Positions 52,766 through 64,000 of a stretch of 64,000 nt of DNA are shown here, piece by piece. Within the stretch, counting starts at the first letter, position 1. Every line of letters starts with the position of its first letter. The stretch comes from Octopus sinensis (taxonomy: Eukaryota), in the NCBI RefSeq assembly GCF_006345805.1, contig NC_043002.1, positions 111,972,001 to 112,036,000 of the forward strand, written 5' to 3'. The notes below the pieces were generated by a model. That model worked only from the letters and a program-made list of their open reading frames with translations. It was not told the DNA's origin and made no database searches. Position numbers and translations under genes: made by a program.

Positions 52766-52941
52766 TTATACATGCATATATTTATATATATATATATATG
52801 TATGTTTGTATGTATGTATGCATATGTGTGTGTGTGTATGTGTGTGTGTAGAAGGTTGAAAAGGAACACACGAGTTGATATGTATAAGGAAAATAAGACA
52901 AGGTAGAAAATGCTAAAATAATTTTATCATGAAGAACATTT

Positions 52942-52976
52942 TAGTACCGGTTTCAGTCATTGAGACTTTTTCAACA
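52942..52976 (-). ncRNA. Degenerate hammerhead motif, U3-A8 core variant
   Basis: G-UUGAAAA-AGUC(UCAAU)GACU-GAAACCGGUA|C; stem I reduced to about 1 bp. Confidence 0.5.
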
Positions 52977-53452
52977 TAGAGTAAAGCATGAAAAACAATT
53001 AAATTTTGGAAAAAGGAAATGAAATATTTTAAAAATATTTCCATAGTTTTCAAATGCAAGGGACCTTTCTACATTTTTCTGTCTGTCTTTCTCTCTTTTT
53101 TACCCTTGTGACGGCTTGTGAAGGTAGTAGGTAGTAGCAGTCCTACATAAATATTTAATATGAGTCCTTGGCTTTGATTGTTTAAGCAGTAGTATAAGCC
53201 GAGGAAGGAGGCGAAGAAGAAGAAGAAGAAAAAGGATGAGGAAGAGGAGAAAAAGAAGAGAAAGTATAATATAGATATATATGTGTGTGTGTGTGTGTGT
53301 GTCTGTACATAGGTGCTACTTTGGTGTGTGATCTACAAGGGAGATTACTTTAGGTTACTTTTTAGTTTACTTTTGTGTTAGAGCTACTTCTGTGATCTAC
53401 GTAAGCGAATTCATTTTGGTAGGTGATCTACGTGTTTATTTCAATTATTATA

Positions 53453-53839
53453 TCTTTATATATAAAAGTGAGGTTGTGTGCTGTCTGTCTCCTACGATTT
53501 AGATTCCTAACTACTCCCACATTTTGCGGTGCAGTTTAACCAAAACCGGGTATCTTATAGTCGGGATTCATATCGAGCCCTTCTGGGTATTAGCGCGCGT
53601 CTACGATTTAAAAAAAATTTACCATCAATTTTTCCCATTTTTAATGCATTTTTGGCATATATAAATGAAGTAACTCTCTAAAAATTTATTATTAAATCTC
53701 AGAACGTAAAAAGCTACAGTAACACCACCCCCCCTTTGTGGTTAGCCATATCGAGATGGCTATTATACTTTACATCTCTAAAAATGCTTATATAGTTATT
53801 TCCCTTACAAACCCGAGCAACGCCGGGCGATACTGCTAG
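53453..53839 (+). mobile_element. Non-autonomous Helitron (subtype 2)
   Basis: A|TC...hairpin-CTAG|T. Confidence 0.85.
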
Positions 53840-54176
53840 TGGTTATTAAAATAGTAAATAATTTAAAAAGTAACTTAAAGCAATCTCCCTTGTAAATCAC
53901 ACGCCAAAGTAGCACATATATATGTATACATATAATGTTATTTCTTTAATTAAAGCATAATGTTTTAAAGTATATTCTGCTTTCTATGTATATTTCGTCT
54001 GAGGGGTTATGTCTTTCGAAAAGGAAAATAAGGTGTTTTGATTGTCAATATCTCGACAGTTGCCTTTTCAATGAAACCTATATTACTTTATATTCTTTTA
54101 GCTCTACTTAATGAGCGGTAATTTTAGTTTTGTATAGGAAATTCATTTCCTTCTATTTTCTTCTTATATATACATT

Positions 54177-54282
<106 letters not shown>

Positions 54283-54945
54283 TATGTATATATGCATATA
54301 TACATACATATATGTACATAGATATATATATTTATATATACATGCATATATGGGTACAGGGCGTCAAAATAACGTGAACAAAATGAAAAACGAGAACATA
54401 AAAAATAAAACATGGAAAACAAACTTTTTTCGGAGAACGAAAGAAACAAATAGAGAAACAAGACAAGCAATATAAAAAACAATCCCTTCATCAGTTGTCC
54501 CCTGTTTTGTCTACTCCGCGTTTCGTAGGTTGGGACAAGACGTGACTTCGTTAAAACAGTCCTTCAGCAAAGAAAATTAAATAAAATTTGGGATTTTTGC
54601 GGAGGGTTAAAGTGGTAACAAAAATAGGACAGTAACAGCAAAACAGTAAACGGTGAAGTGGGGAACGCTGGAGAAAGGAGCTGTGACAAAAGACAAGCAA
54701 AAGTAGATCTTATTTCTTGTAAAACGACAGGAAAAAAGAACAATAGCCGCTGGATACGTGTGACAAACGTGAGAGTCAAGGAGGAAAAGGGAGAGAGAGA
54801 GAGGAAGAAAAAGAGAACGGTGAAAGGGAGGAGAAGGAAACAGAAAGAAAGAAGAATAGTGATAAAGGGAGAATAGAGAGTGTAGAGTGCGCATCTGAAT
54901 TATTAAGATAAAACTTACTTGGAAATGGATACGTGACGTTCGGTC

Positions 54946-55046
<101 letters not shown>

Positions 55047-55515
55047 GACTGTTTACGGAATCCACTCAGCAGTTAGTATATACAGACATGGAACGCTTTC
55101 ATATCTGAGTTTCTCGATAGTGATTTATTTGATACTCGTCATCGTATCAATTGTTACAAGCATATCTAATAGAACTTTTTTTACCGTTCAAAAGGAGCGA
55201 CATACTAGCCTTAATTTGAGACATATAAATAAAAATGTATATATATGCTCGTTCACTATATTTCTTTTACTTTATCACATTACCTCTCTAATCTCATGTC
55301 CTCTGAATTACGCATGCTATATCTTCCCCACCTTTTTCTTTTCCCTCTCTATATTTAACTGTCAAGTTATAAATACCTTTCTTATAAGCTGCTTACTCCC
55401 ACCCAGTCAGTTTCCCACCCACGTAGTTATCTATCTAATGTACTAGTCTTCATATATTCTTTCCTCTATTTCACCTCTCTCACCTCAGTAACCTTTTTTC
55501 AGTATTAAGTTTATA

Positions 55516-55550
<35 letters not shown>

Positions 55551-55807
55551 ACGTACGTACGTATGTATGTATACACTTACATTTACGTTAACATAATTTG
55601 TTGGGGATGAATAAAATCAGTTACAGAATTCTTATTTAATCAGCATTTATAATTTTAAATATCTCTACATCCCCCTGTTGACAGTTTTGAGTTCTTAATA
55701 TTCGTTCTTACAATGTACTTCTGTACAGTAACTTGATTACACATGTATATAGATATGTGTGTGTGTGTGCGTGGTCGCGTGCGTAAATTCTCTGTGCGTG
55801 TCTATGT

Positions 55808-57375
55808 CCTTCGTGGCTTGGCTTCGCTGACGAACATTAGGAAGTCTGTTGTCCGCGTCGTCTGCACGGTCGTTCGTGGCTGATAAGGCTGACGTGGAAT
55901 CGACATATCCAATTGCAATGATGACAGGGGTTTGGTTGTCCAGAATCTGATGATGCAGCTGCATTATTTTTTCGTTTCTAACGAGAGGCACTGAGAGAGA
56001 GCTGAAAGGAGGAAACAACAACGCTGATGGTATGGCGCCAAGCAAAACGGTCAGCTGTTAGAGTGGACCACTCTCGATAATCAATGTTACAAACGCTAAG
56101 GGACTGCTTCAGGCAATACTTGTAACACTTCTTTGGTGCCCCCTGTTGCAGTGACCAGTGGTTAGCTCACCGTACCTGATGATCTTGGGTAGGCGGTGGT
56201 CTTTCATCCTGTCAACATGTCCTGCCTAACGTAGTCGTGTCTCATATAAAGTGGTTTCCAGGCTAGTGACCTTTGCTTGCTTCAGGACTTCAGTGTTGGT
56301 GATGTAGTCGCTCCAGTAGATGTTAAGCACGGTACGAAGGCAGCGTTGTTGACAACTTCAAGGAGCCTAAGATGACAGAGGTAGGGGACCAAGGGCTCAG
56401 AGCCATAGACTCTAACTTTTGTGCTGATCTTAAGATGCTTATTATTCCATATTCGCTTGTGCAGTCTGCGAAATACTTTGTTTGCTTTGTCAATTTCTAT
56501 GTCGATATTCGCATCTAATGAAATGGTACATCCAAGATAAGTGAACTTCTGAATCGACTTCAGTTCTGTTTGGGCAACGGTGATTTGTGACATCCTCTAC
56601 TCTTCCCGAGGAGCTGGTTGGTGTAGGACTTCAGTCTTTTTCAAGCTTACTTCCAGCCCTAAGAGCTGGGCGGCCGCTGCAAAGCAGGATGTGATGCACT
56701 GCAGGACTCGTGTGCGACAAGTGCGGCATCACCTGCAAAGAGGAGGTCCTAGATCAATTGCTCTTGAGTCTTGGTGCGGGCCTGTAGGCGCTGGGGATTG
56801 AAAAGACTGTCGTCCAGACGGTACCTGATTTAGACGCCTGCTCACAGTGTCGAACGCTTTTGTCAGATCGACAAATGTTACAGACATTGGTTTCTTTTGC
56901 TCCCGGAACTTTTCTTGGAGCTGCCTGAGAACGAAAACCATATCTGTTGTGCTCCTGTTGACTCTGAAACCACATTGGCTTTCTGGAAGATGGATGTTCG
57001 GCGATGGACAGAATAAGTCTGTTGAGGAGCAATCTTGCTAGAACTTTTCTTGCAGTGTAAAGCAGGGTGATCCCCCGTTGTTTGAGCAGTCCAGCTTTTC
57101 CTATTTGTTTTTGTATAGCGTAATGATGACAGCATTATGGAGATCTTGTGGCAGCTTGCCCTGTTCCCAGCATGCAACGAGGAGCTCATGGAGTTTAGCA
57201 TGCCCCCTTCCCATCGTTACAGGGGTTAGAAATTTGTGGTAGTGGACGTAAACAGGTGCTTCGGCCTGCGCGATGGAGTTTTAAGGTGAAGTGCAGTCTG
57301 TGCAGAACTGACCCCACCTGGGGCTCCCGTGGCCCAGCAAGCTGGGACGATGACAGAGAGGTCCTCGTGTCGTAG
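55808..57375 (-). mobile_element. Decayed, internally deleted RTE-clade LINE (second family)
   Basis: FVLRQLQEKFREQ...FVDLTKAFDTVSR, KFTYLGCTIS, GHVDRMKDHRLPK, C-terminal CHHC...SHERPC knuckle, 3' GCGAAGCCAAGCC. Confidence 0.85.
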
Positions 57376-57465
57376 GTTTTATATATATATGCTATATGTG
57401 TCAAAATAATTGTCGTGGTTAATATAAACTCCTGTATATTCCATCTTCCGTCTTTCATTTTTTCC

Positions 57466-57510
<45 letters not shown>

Positions 57511-57675
57511 CAAATTGAGATAGGGGTTGTAAATGCACCCTCCATGGATAACATATATGCAATCTACCGCTAGTTAAGTACCCAACAAAGTTAATACATA
57601 AATGTAATAATTGCGATGCAATTAATTCATTTACTGTATTATATGGGCAAAGGTAAAATGTTTTACCACAAATTC

Positions 57676-57998
57676 ATAATACAAAATAAGAAAATGGAGA
57701 AATACATCGAAATCAAATATCGATTACCAGATAATACCCAATCACATACTTTATTAAACCACCACATAAGAAACTATAAGGTTAAACATAATAAAGTAGA
57801 ACAAAATAGTGTACATAAAGGAGTAATATGATACAATAAGTACAATATAACATTACTCCTTTATGTACACTATTTTGTTCTACTTTATATGTGTGTCCTT
57901 ACATTTCTTATGTGGTGGTTTAATAAAGTATGTGATTGGGTATTATCTGGTAATCGATATTTGATTTGGATGTATTTCTCCATTTTCTTATTTTGCAT
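57676..57998. repeat. Fold-back palindrome between (TA)n tracts
   Basis: Outer arms 57676-57772/57903-57998; inner hairpin 57791-57887. Confidence 0.9.
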
Positions 57999-57999
57999 A

Positions 58000-58085
<86 letters not shown>

Positions 58086-58190
58086 TATGTATGTATGTAT
58101 GTATATATGTGATATATATATATTCTACATATATATACATACATATATATACATATATATATAATTATAATATGTATGTATATATATATA

Positions 58191-58245
<55 letters not shown>

Positions 58246-58254
58246 TATATAATA

Positions 58255-58286
<32 letters not shown>

Positions 58287-58729
58287 ATATATATATATAT
58301 ATATGTATATATATATGTATATATAATTAGAGATTTCTGGAGAGAGTGAGAAAGCGATTCATCTTATCTAACGTTAGCAAAAGCAATCAATGCGCGTAAC
58401 ACGAGAGTGTGGCTTGATACTGCGTATATCCGTTTTCGCTTCCTTTGAATCACAGATAGGGAAGCTGAAAAGGGAAGAACACTTCCGACTGTGAAGATTA
58501 ACAGTTTCCTCTTGTTCATTTCACTGCATCTGCATTTATGAGGCTGGGCTAATAACACCATTAATCACCACTGTATAACATTTGAGTGGGCGACACCTGA
58601 GGCACTGACAAAAGAATACACATGCACCCATCACCATCACCATCACAACTACTAGTGGCTACTATCGATATTGACATCATTATCGACATCAACATCATCG
58701 TTATTTTTCATCGATGCTTATAACGAAAC

Positions 58730-58813
58730 TGATGATGAGGTTGAGGAGGAGGAGGAGGATAATGATGATGATGACGATGATGACGATGATGGTGGTGGTG
58801 GTGGTGGTGGTGG

Positions 58814-58850
<37 letters not shown>

Positions 58851-59034
58851 CTTTACTGTCGTCATTGTTACCATCTTCATCGGAATACTCATTAACATGA
58901 ACATTATCCATATCGTTATCATCACATTCCTCATCATCATCCTCATCATCATTCTCTCATCATCATCATCTTCATCATCATCATCATCATCATCATTGTT
59001 GTCATCGTCGTTGTCATCATCATCATCATTACCG

Positions 59035-59088
<54 letters not shown>

Positions 59089-59216
59089 CTATCATCATCG
59101 TCGTCATCGTCATTGTGATCATCGTCACCATCATCATCATCATCACCACCACCATCATCATCATCATCATCATCATCACATCATCATTACCATCATCATT
59201 GTCGTCATCGTCGTTG

Positions 59217-59262
<46 letters not shown>

Positions 59263-59360
59263 TACCATCATCATTGTCGTCATCGTCGTTGTCATCATCA
59301 TCATCATTACCATCATCATCATCATCATCATCACCATCATCATTGTCGTCATCGTCGTTG

Positions 59361-59393
<33 letters not shown>

Positions 59394-59592
59394 ATCATCA
59401 TTATCATCATCATCATCATTATCATCTCATCAGTTTCGTTGTTATAAGCATCGTCGGCATCACCGTCAACCATCCTTCCATTATTCATCATTGCTGTAGT
59501 TAATATCAACAACAACTACTAACGCCATCACCACTATCACCACCACCACCACAACAACAACAACAACAACGACAACTACAACAACAACAACA
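58730..59592. repeat. (GAT)n/(CAT)n/(CAA)n trinucleotide repeat field
   Basis: Direct reading. Confidence 0.95.
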
Positions 59593-59732
59593 TCAATGAC
59601 AAAAAGTCCAGCTGCACTAACAGGCATAACTAATGAAAACATCCATCTTGACATGACAGATCGACAAATTAGTTTATTCAGTTGAAATTATTGAGGTTCA
59701 TTTATTACCTGTTACCTCACCACCACCAGTAG

Positions 59733-59894
59733 CGCCGACAGAGAGCTCCTTCAAATGCAGCCGTTGTATGCGGGACTGCCACTTCCGTGTAGACCTGTAC
59801 AGTTACAGCAGACACTGCACCACCATCTGCAGTTGACTCGATTACTTATGGCGCAGATCCATGGCCTCTCGAAACCGACGGATGCCTGCTACTA
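59733..59894 (+). mobile_element. 3' end fragment of the RTE family seen at 35170-35335
   Basis: Aligns with 35174-35335, including the tail. Confidence 0.88.
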
Positions 59895-59924
59895 TATATA
59901 TATATAGATCGTTCCTTCTCCTAT

Positions 59925-59959
59925 GTTTCCGACGAAGAGCTCCGCTCGAAACGTTAAAC
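59925..59959 (+). ncRNA. Type I hammerhead motif, C4 core variant
   Basis: GUUU-CCGACGA-a-GAGC(UCC)GCUC-GAAACGUU|AAAC; downstream sequence is shared with 37631-37750. Confidence 0.72.
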
Positions 59960-60053
59960 CCTCCTTCTTCCCTTCTTTCCTGAGCGTCCAATAATACTAT
60001 ATTTGTTCCACGTCCTCGTGTTGTTGTTTTTTTGTGTTTTCTTGTTTGGATTA

Positions 60054-60089
<36 letters not shown>

Positions 60090-60255
60090 AAAGTTGGTTT
60101 GTGAAAGCACGTGGGGGAATATATAGAAAATAGTAAAGAGTGAAAAAACTACAGAAGGCTTAAATGTTAAAAATATATATATTTGCGTCAATATGTCTGA
60201 AGAATATTAGAAAATCTTTAAAAAAAATTTTTTCTCTTATAATGACATAATTTAA

Positions 60256-60294
60256 AAGAAAGACCGGTTTCGCGTGTAGCTTTTCAAATTTCTT
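60256..60294 (-). ncRNA. Type I hammerhead motif, U3-A8 variant
   Basis: Reverse complement of 60318-60356. Confidence 0.68.
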
Positions 60295-60317
60295 GCGACG
60301 TTTCTTGATAACGTCGC

Positions 60318-60356
60318 AAGAAATTTGAAAAGCTACACGCGAAACCGGTCTTTCTT
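60318..60356 (+). ncRNA. Type I hammerhead motif, U3-A8 variant with one extra U before the core
   Basis: AAGAAA-u-UUGAAAA-GC(UACAC)GC-GAAACCGGUC|UUUCUU. Confidence 0.68.
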
Positions 60357-60484
60357 TTTAATTATGTCATTATAAGAGAAAAAAAATTTTTTTTTAATTT
60401 TCTAATATTCTTCAGACATATTGACGCAAATATATATATTTTTTAACATTTAAGCCTTCTGTAGTTTTTTCACTCTTTACTATT

Positions 60485-60519
<35 letters not shown>

Positions 60520-60520
<1 letters not shown>

Positions 60521-63500
60521 GCAATTGCTGTCTGACCAACCCGGGAGTGAATTCCCTGACGTCCGTTCACATGCCTCGGCCGGCGAAAGGAGGCCGACGC
60601 TATCCTGTCGCCTCCGCACTTCTCTTCTTACGCTTCCTCTTCTAGCCAGTCCCTTGACCACTGATGTCATGGCCCTCACCCCCCCCCCTGCTCATTCCCA
60701 CACACCCCTGATCTCAAAGATCACCTCACTTCACTCCATGTCGAAATCTACCACCCACCTGGGTGGGCCCCTTGCAAGTTGTGATCTTCTGAAACTAGGA
60801 AGCACTTTCTCTTTCTCTTTTCTACAATCATCATCCGATGAAGCGACAATCCTACGAACATCCAAGACATGACGCAACATTCCATCCACAGAAATGTTGT
60901 TTTTGGAATTCACAGCCGTCACTATTCCTCTGTCCCACTGAGTTGTACAGCGTGCCTTTGGTGGCTTCACACAGACTTCATCTCCAACCTCCACAAAGTC
61001 GGGCCCTCTCTCTCAATTCCCTCCAAACGGCCATCCGGCCCGGTCCATAATCTACCATCGAGAGATACGTCCCCTGCCGGTAATGTATTACATCCACTGC
61101 AAGTCGTCTCCAGTTGTGCTCTACCGAAGTGTTTCCCTACTCATGCACACCCGGAGCAGGGTTGATGGATTGACACCTGTCGCAGTTCCCAACCACCTTT
61201 TGGATGCTCCGTCTGTTAACGTCGGCGTCAATCCTCCTGACGAGATACAAGCTCCTATCCATGCCAATATGATGCATGGCATGCAGTCTCCTTAGCTCGG
61301 AGTCCTTCAACTGACACACAGCGGCTACCCCTTGCTTCGATTCTTGCGGCTCCTCTGTCCAAGCTCTTTTTTCACCCTGGTTAGAGCATCTGCCTTGTTT
61401 CTCTCTGAAGGCACAAAGACCACATTCAGCTTCAGGCCGAACTCGCCAATCAGCTCCCCTAGAATCCCTAGGTGGTGCTTCATTAGCATTTCCGCAGCCC
61501 CTTTGGTTCGCACCCTCTCCTCGTCGGTGATCACCGATCCTTCCCAGCCAAGCACAGTAGCCAAATCCGTCCGAATTTCGATGGAGTGCAACCCCCATTT
61601 CAAGGCCAAATTCACTCCCCTCAGTACCGCGTCATTGAAGTGGTTGTAGTCATCTGCTTTTCGAAGCCAGGCGGCATCCTCCAGTTCGGTACCTCCGATT
61701 TCTGACACAACCCCTATCGCGATGCTACTAGCATCACACCATACGGTCCCGTTATCCGATTTGGGCACATGCCAGTTCCCTCTGACTGGGCCTTCCGCTC
61801 TCACCCCCTCCAGGACTTCCTGCATCATCTCCACCATCCGCTCTCCTACCTTGTCATTTCAGTTCTCCCCTCCTGTTTGTCTTTTGCTGTAACTGCATGC
61901 CGTATGCATCAACCCCGCGATCGGGTAATGACCTACTAATTTCCCCCACATGAAGAACAGTTCTCTCCTGATGACGTTGGTACCCAGCTCCGGGATCTCG
62001 TTCTCCCTACGAAACACCAACTCGCATGTTCTATCTCTCTGAAGCTTAAGCCCCAGTGCAGCTCCTCCAGCCATTGGCTCCGGTGGCTTCGCAATCAGCC
62101 CTAATTTCTTCAGATGTCTCACAACCTCTGTGGTAGGCATTACGGTCTCATCCACTAGGATGCCATCTATGTAGGAATTGGTGGCCCTTCTTATCTTTTC
62201 CCAGGATGGATTTGAGCAATGTCGCCATGATCTTCGACGCAGAATTCAGCCCAAAACCCAGCCTTGTCAGACAATATGTCCGGCCCTTGTGTCGCACCAG
62301 TTTGTACCGCCACAGTTTGTCGATCACATGGAGCTGCAAATATGCCGACTTCAAGTCAACCATTGTCACTGCCTTAGTCGACTTCCTCCATAAATGCGGC
62401 GTCCCATCGCAGACGTCGGTCGCCTCACCACCTATGTGGCTCGATACACGGCCGTTCATCGCCCGAAAGTCCAGTACCGATATAATTTTGCCCTTGTTGA
62501 CTGCACCACTGCCATTAGATGTAACACTCCGCTCACCACCTCCTCTCTCCACAAAATAAAGACACCTTCCTTAGTCCACTTCTCTACCTTTTCTTCAAAC
62601 TCGCTCTTGGCGTGTCCTTTCAGGGTATGGTGGAAGCAGCTCACCTTGTTCTTCAGTGTTGGGATCCCTCTTTCCAGCGCCACTCTATCGTCCATCGCTG
62701 ACCATCGAACGTCGCCCGAAAATCCTTGTCTTCAATGGCGTAGGCAGTGCAGCTCCTCGTGGGGCTCTGCTCCCGCTCACAATCTTGACTCACGGCGCAC
62801 GACACCTCCACGGCACCAGACGAAACCACGTCTCCTCCACTACTGACATATCCGAAGCGGTCGATCGCGTCAATCCCCATCACCCCGTCAATCCCGTATA
62901 GCACGGGGGCGATCACGATCGCCCGAAGCCTTAGCGTTATGCCTCTCACCGCTATATCCACATCGTTGCTACCCTTGCATTCTATTTCGCTGCCGTCGAC
63001 AGCCCGAACGCTACTCGTCCCCTTTCGTTTCTTTATCCTACTCGGGGTCACGAGAACCATCGTGCAGCCCGTGTCCACGAGGGCCTTGAACGGGTTTCCC
63101 CACACCACGACCTCAACTACAAGCAACGATTTCACCAACGCTTCTACTCGTTCGCGGTTTGAAAGGCAACAACTTCCCCGAGGCCTTTTCCCTGGCTACA
63201 ATCTCCCTGGCTACAGTTTGTTTGCACCAGTAGCAAACCGGTCCGGGCTCCGCGCAATCCATCGACATGTGCGGTCCTTGGCACTTAAAACACCGGCATG
63301 TTAACGGCCGCTGTCGATCCACAGCCTCTTTTCGTCTTTCACTGTTTTGTGTCAACACGCATGCTTGAACAATGAGCTCGCTCATCACCATTTTGTTGCC
63401 GCCTGGCAACTGTTGTAGTCGCACCGACACGTCGTCGGGAAAGTCATTCACAAAGACCAGTCGCGCTACTTTCTCAAGTCCCTCACCGGTGAGACCAGAC

Positions 63501-63620
63501 AACACAACCAGTCACCGTACCTCTGCTGCATATTCGTCGACCTGTTCTTCTCTCCATCTGATTGCTCCCAGTCTGTTCTCGGTCCCATATTCCCTGCAGC
63601 TCTTGCAACTGCCACCAGCG
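60520..63620 (-). mobile_element. Decayed Ty3/gypsy LTR retrotransposon (gag-PR-RT-RH-INT; partial 3' LTR at about 60520-60702)
   Basis: Gag knuckle CFKCQGPHMSMDC; protease ALVDTGC; RT VDLKSAYLQ, LGFGLNSA and YIDGI; RNase H WCDASS and NKADALTR; integrase HH..CDRC; frameshifts; integrase core missing. Confidence 0.9.
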
Positions 63621-63963
63621 TGAATCAATATTATCGTTAAAGGCACGAAATTGCGTTAGACCAACTGGTTGATAACTGATGAGGAATTAGAGACCTTCTG
63701 TGCTTGTTTTCCGTTCGTCTGAGCATTTACTATATGTTTTATAAATTGTCATTCTGAGTCACTTTTTCGTTTGTGCCTTTACTATACATTTTTTAACTTA
63801 CTGATTAACGGAACGCAAAGAACCCTTAATTTTATTCACAGTATATATATATGAGTGTGTGTGTGTCTGTGTGTGTATGCATGTGTGTATATATGTACAT
63901 ATATGAATATATATACAAATATATATATACACTTAATTATAAAGTAGCAAAAATATCACAAAA

Positions 63964-64000
63964 ACTGTTACTCAGAGTTTAACGTTCCCGATCGTCGGAC
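63964..64000 (-). ncRNA. Degenerate hammerhead motif of the 28330 family, cut by the window end
   Basis: GU-CCGACGA-UCG(GGAA)CGU-UAAACUCUGAGUA|ACAG. Confidence 0.45.

Larger units (their letters stand above)
60121..60492. repeat. Near-perfect palindrome (about 180-bp arms, 7-nt loop) of a Penelope-like end
   Basis: Arms 60121-60302/60310-60492; family also present at 37438-37606. Confidence 0.92.

Noticed and set aside
58671-59515. Poly-D/S/M/H/I ORFs
   Set aside because: Trinucleotide microsatellite translations
63620-63685. SECIS-like GTGA...TGA arrangement
   Set aside because: Helix 2 pairing and the apical AA geometry could not be built

Overview
AT-rich, microsatellite-dense animal genomic DNA with no intact host protein-coding gene that I can support. 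The SINE families resemble those I associate with Octopus, so a cephalopod origin is an inference. Nearly all listed ORFs are artefacts of microsatellites or SINEs. The window holds: (i) more than 30 tRNA-derived SINE copies of at least 4 families, plus one 5S-rRNA-derived SINE-like element; (ii) six full-length non-autonomous Helitrons (TC...hairpin-CTAG, inserted at A^T); (iii) decayed RTE LINEs (one 5'-inverted with a TSD), mariner, Tc1 and Tc2/pogo-like remnants, a decayed Ty3/gypsy element and a Neptune-type Penelope GIY-YIG remnant; (iv) many short Penelope-like terminal fragments that sit in (TA)n/(TAA)n tracts and often form fold-back palindromes. The most striking signal is about 15 minimal type I hammerhead ribozyme motifs from about 9 sequence families. 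They include non-canonical cores with compensatory 3-8 covariation (U3-A8, A3-U8), a C4 variant and a long stem II variant. There is also a recurrent, unexplained permuted GAAA...CUGANGA motif. All RNA structures were folded by eye and none has been tested.
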